Assembly: GCF_009834535.1 (NCBI RefSeq)
Contig: NC_045697.1
Span: 90,026,001 to 90,090,000 of the forward strand
Direction: 5' to 3'
DNA length: 64,000 bases
Origin: Camelus ferus
Taxonomy: Eukaryota
Shown here piece after piece: positions 63,355-64,000 of the stretch. Positions within the stretch are counted from its first letter, which is position 1; every line of letters starts with the position of its first letter. The notes beneath the pieces were generated by a model. The model was not told the DNA's origin, ran no database searches, and was given only the letters and a program-made list of their open reading frames with translations. Both the position numbers and the translations under genes were made by a program.

Positions 63355-64000
63355 GTATCTGAAACTATAACTTGATGAGCAACATTCTTTTTAATATTTA
63401 CTGAACAATTAAAAGTGAGCTTTTAGGGGAAATAACTACAGCTCTTCAACAACAAAACAATAGTATACATCTGTAGATTGTTTCTTTATTAATAATGCAG
63501 CTTTTATCACCAAATATGCTTAATCATTTCAAGAGTGAAACTCCTGAAATGTCATTTCAATTCATTCTTTGATTGTCATCTTGGCAGTCAGTGGAAAGAA
63601 TTATGGGATTAAGTGGTCTGGATATATATAAAACAAGGGAGAAACATAAAAATCTTTTCTTCAAATGCTAGACTGATGTAATGATTTTAATGACTTGCAT
63701 AGTATTGTTCTTCGTTCTCAGGAATGGATTTTATTTCTGGAAACTGACTTGACTGATTAGGTTTCATCCAGTCTCTCTGGATTTTGCTGCTGAATACGAT
63801 CATTTCTATCACAGAAACAGCAGGATCCAAGCATCTGCCTCTTTATTGTAGCTTCCACGGAATTACTGTTGAATGCGTGAGCCAGTACGGTCTTGCTGAA
63901 TGAAGTGCACAATTCAAATCATAAAATTTTTCATACACCAGAGAACACTTTGGAGGCAACCCAAAGGTGATACACAGTTTCTATCCCGGTAAGCTATTTG

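Overview
AT-rich, CpG-poor mammalian genomic DNA, most likely a camelid: it carries a tRNA-derived Vic-1-type SINE at 44.3 kb and a young L1 at 53.4-55.0 kb. Much of the window is interspersed repeat: L1 of several ages, L2, MIR, ERV1/ERVL/MaLR solo LTRs, hAT and Tigger MITEs, and microsatellites. There are no prokaryotic features such as operons, CRISPR arrays or rRNA/tRNA genes, and most ORFs in the supplied track are repeat-derived or chance ORFs. The plus strand looks A/C-rich from about 3.5 kb onward and the larger L1 blocks lie mostly on plus, which suggests the window is the 3' part of a minus-strand transcription unit. By hand I assembled a chain of minus-strand exon candidates (59659 down to 3438) with matching splice phases at all but one junction. 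It encodes roughly 400 aa that I cannot assign to a known gene, and chance exons are common in DNA like this, so it is a hypothesis. Other points of interest: a MER41-like solo LTR with an intact GAS (STAT) motif, a possible LTR-driven antisense transcript, a palindromic double 5' splice site, a template-switch-like hairpin plus duplication inside a candidate exon, and nested or internally deleted L1s. Repeat family names come from my recollection of consensus sequences, not from a database search.
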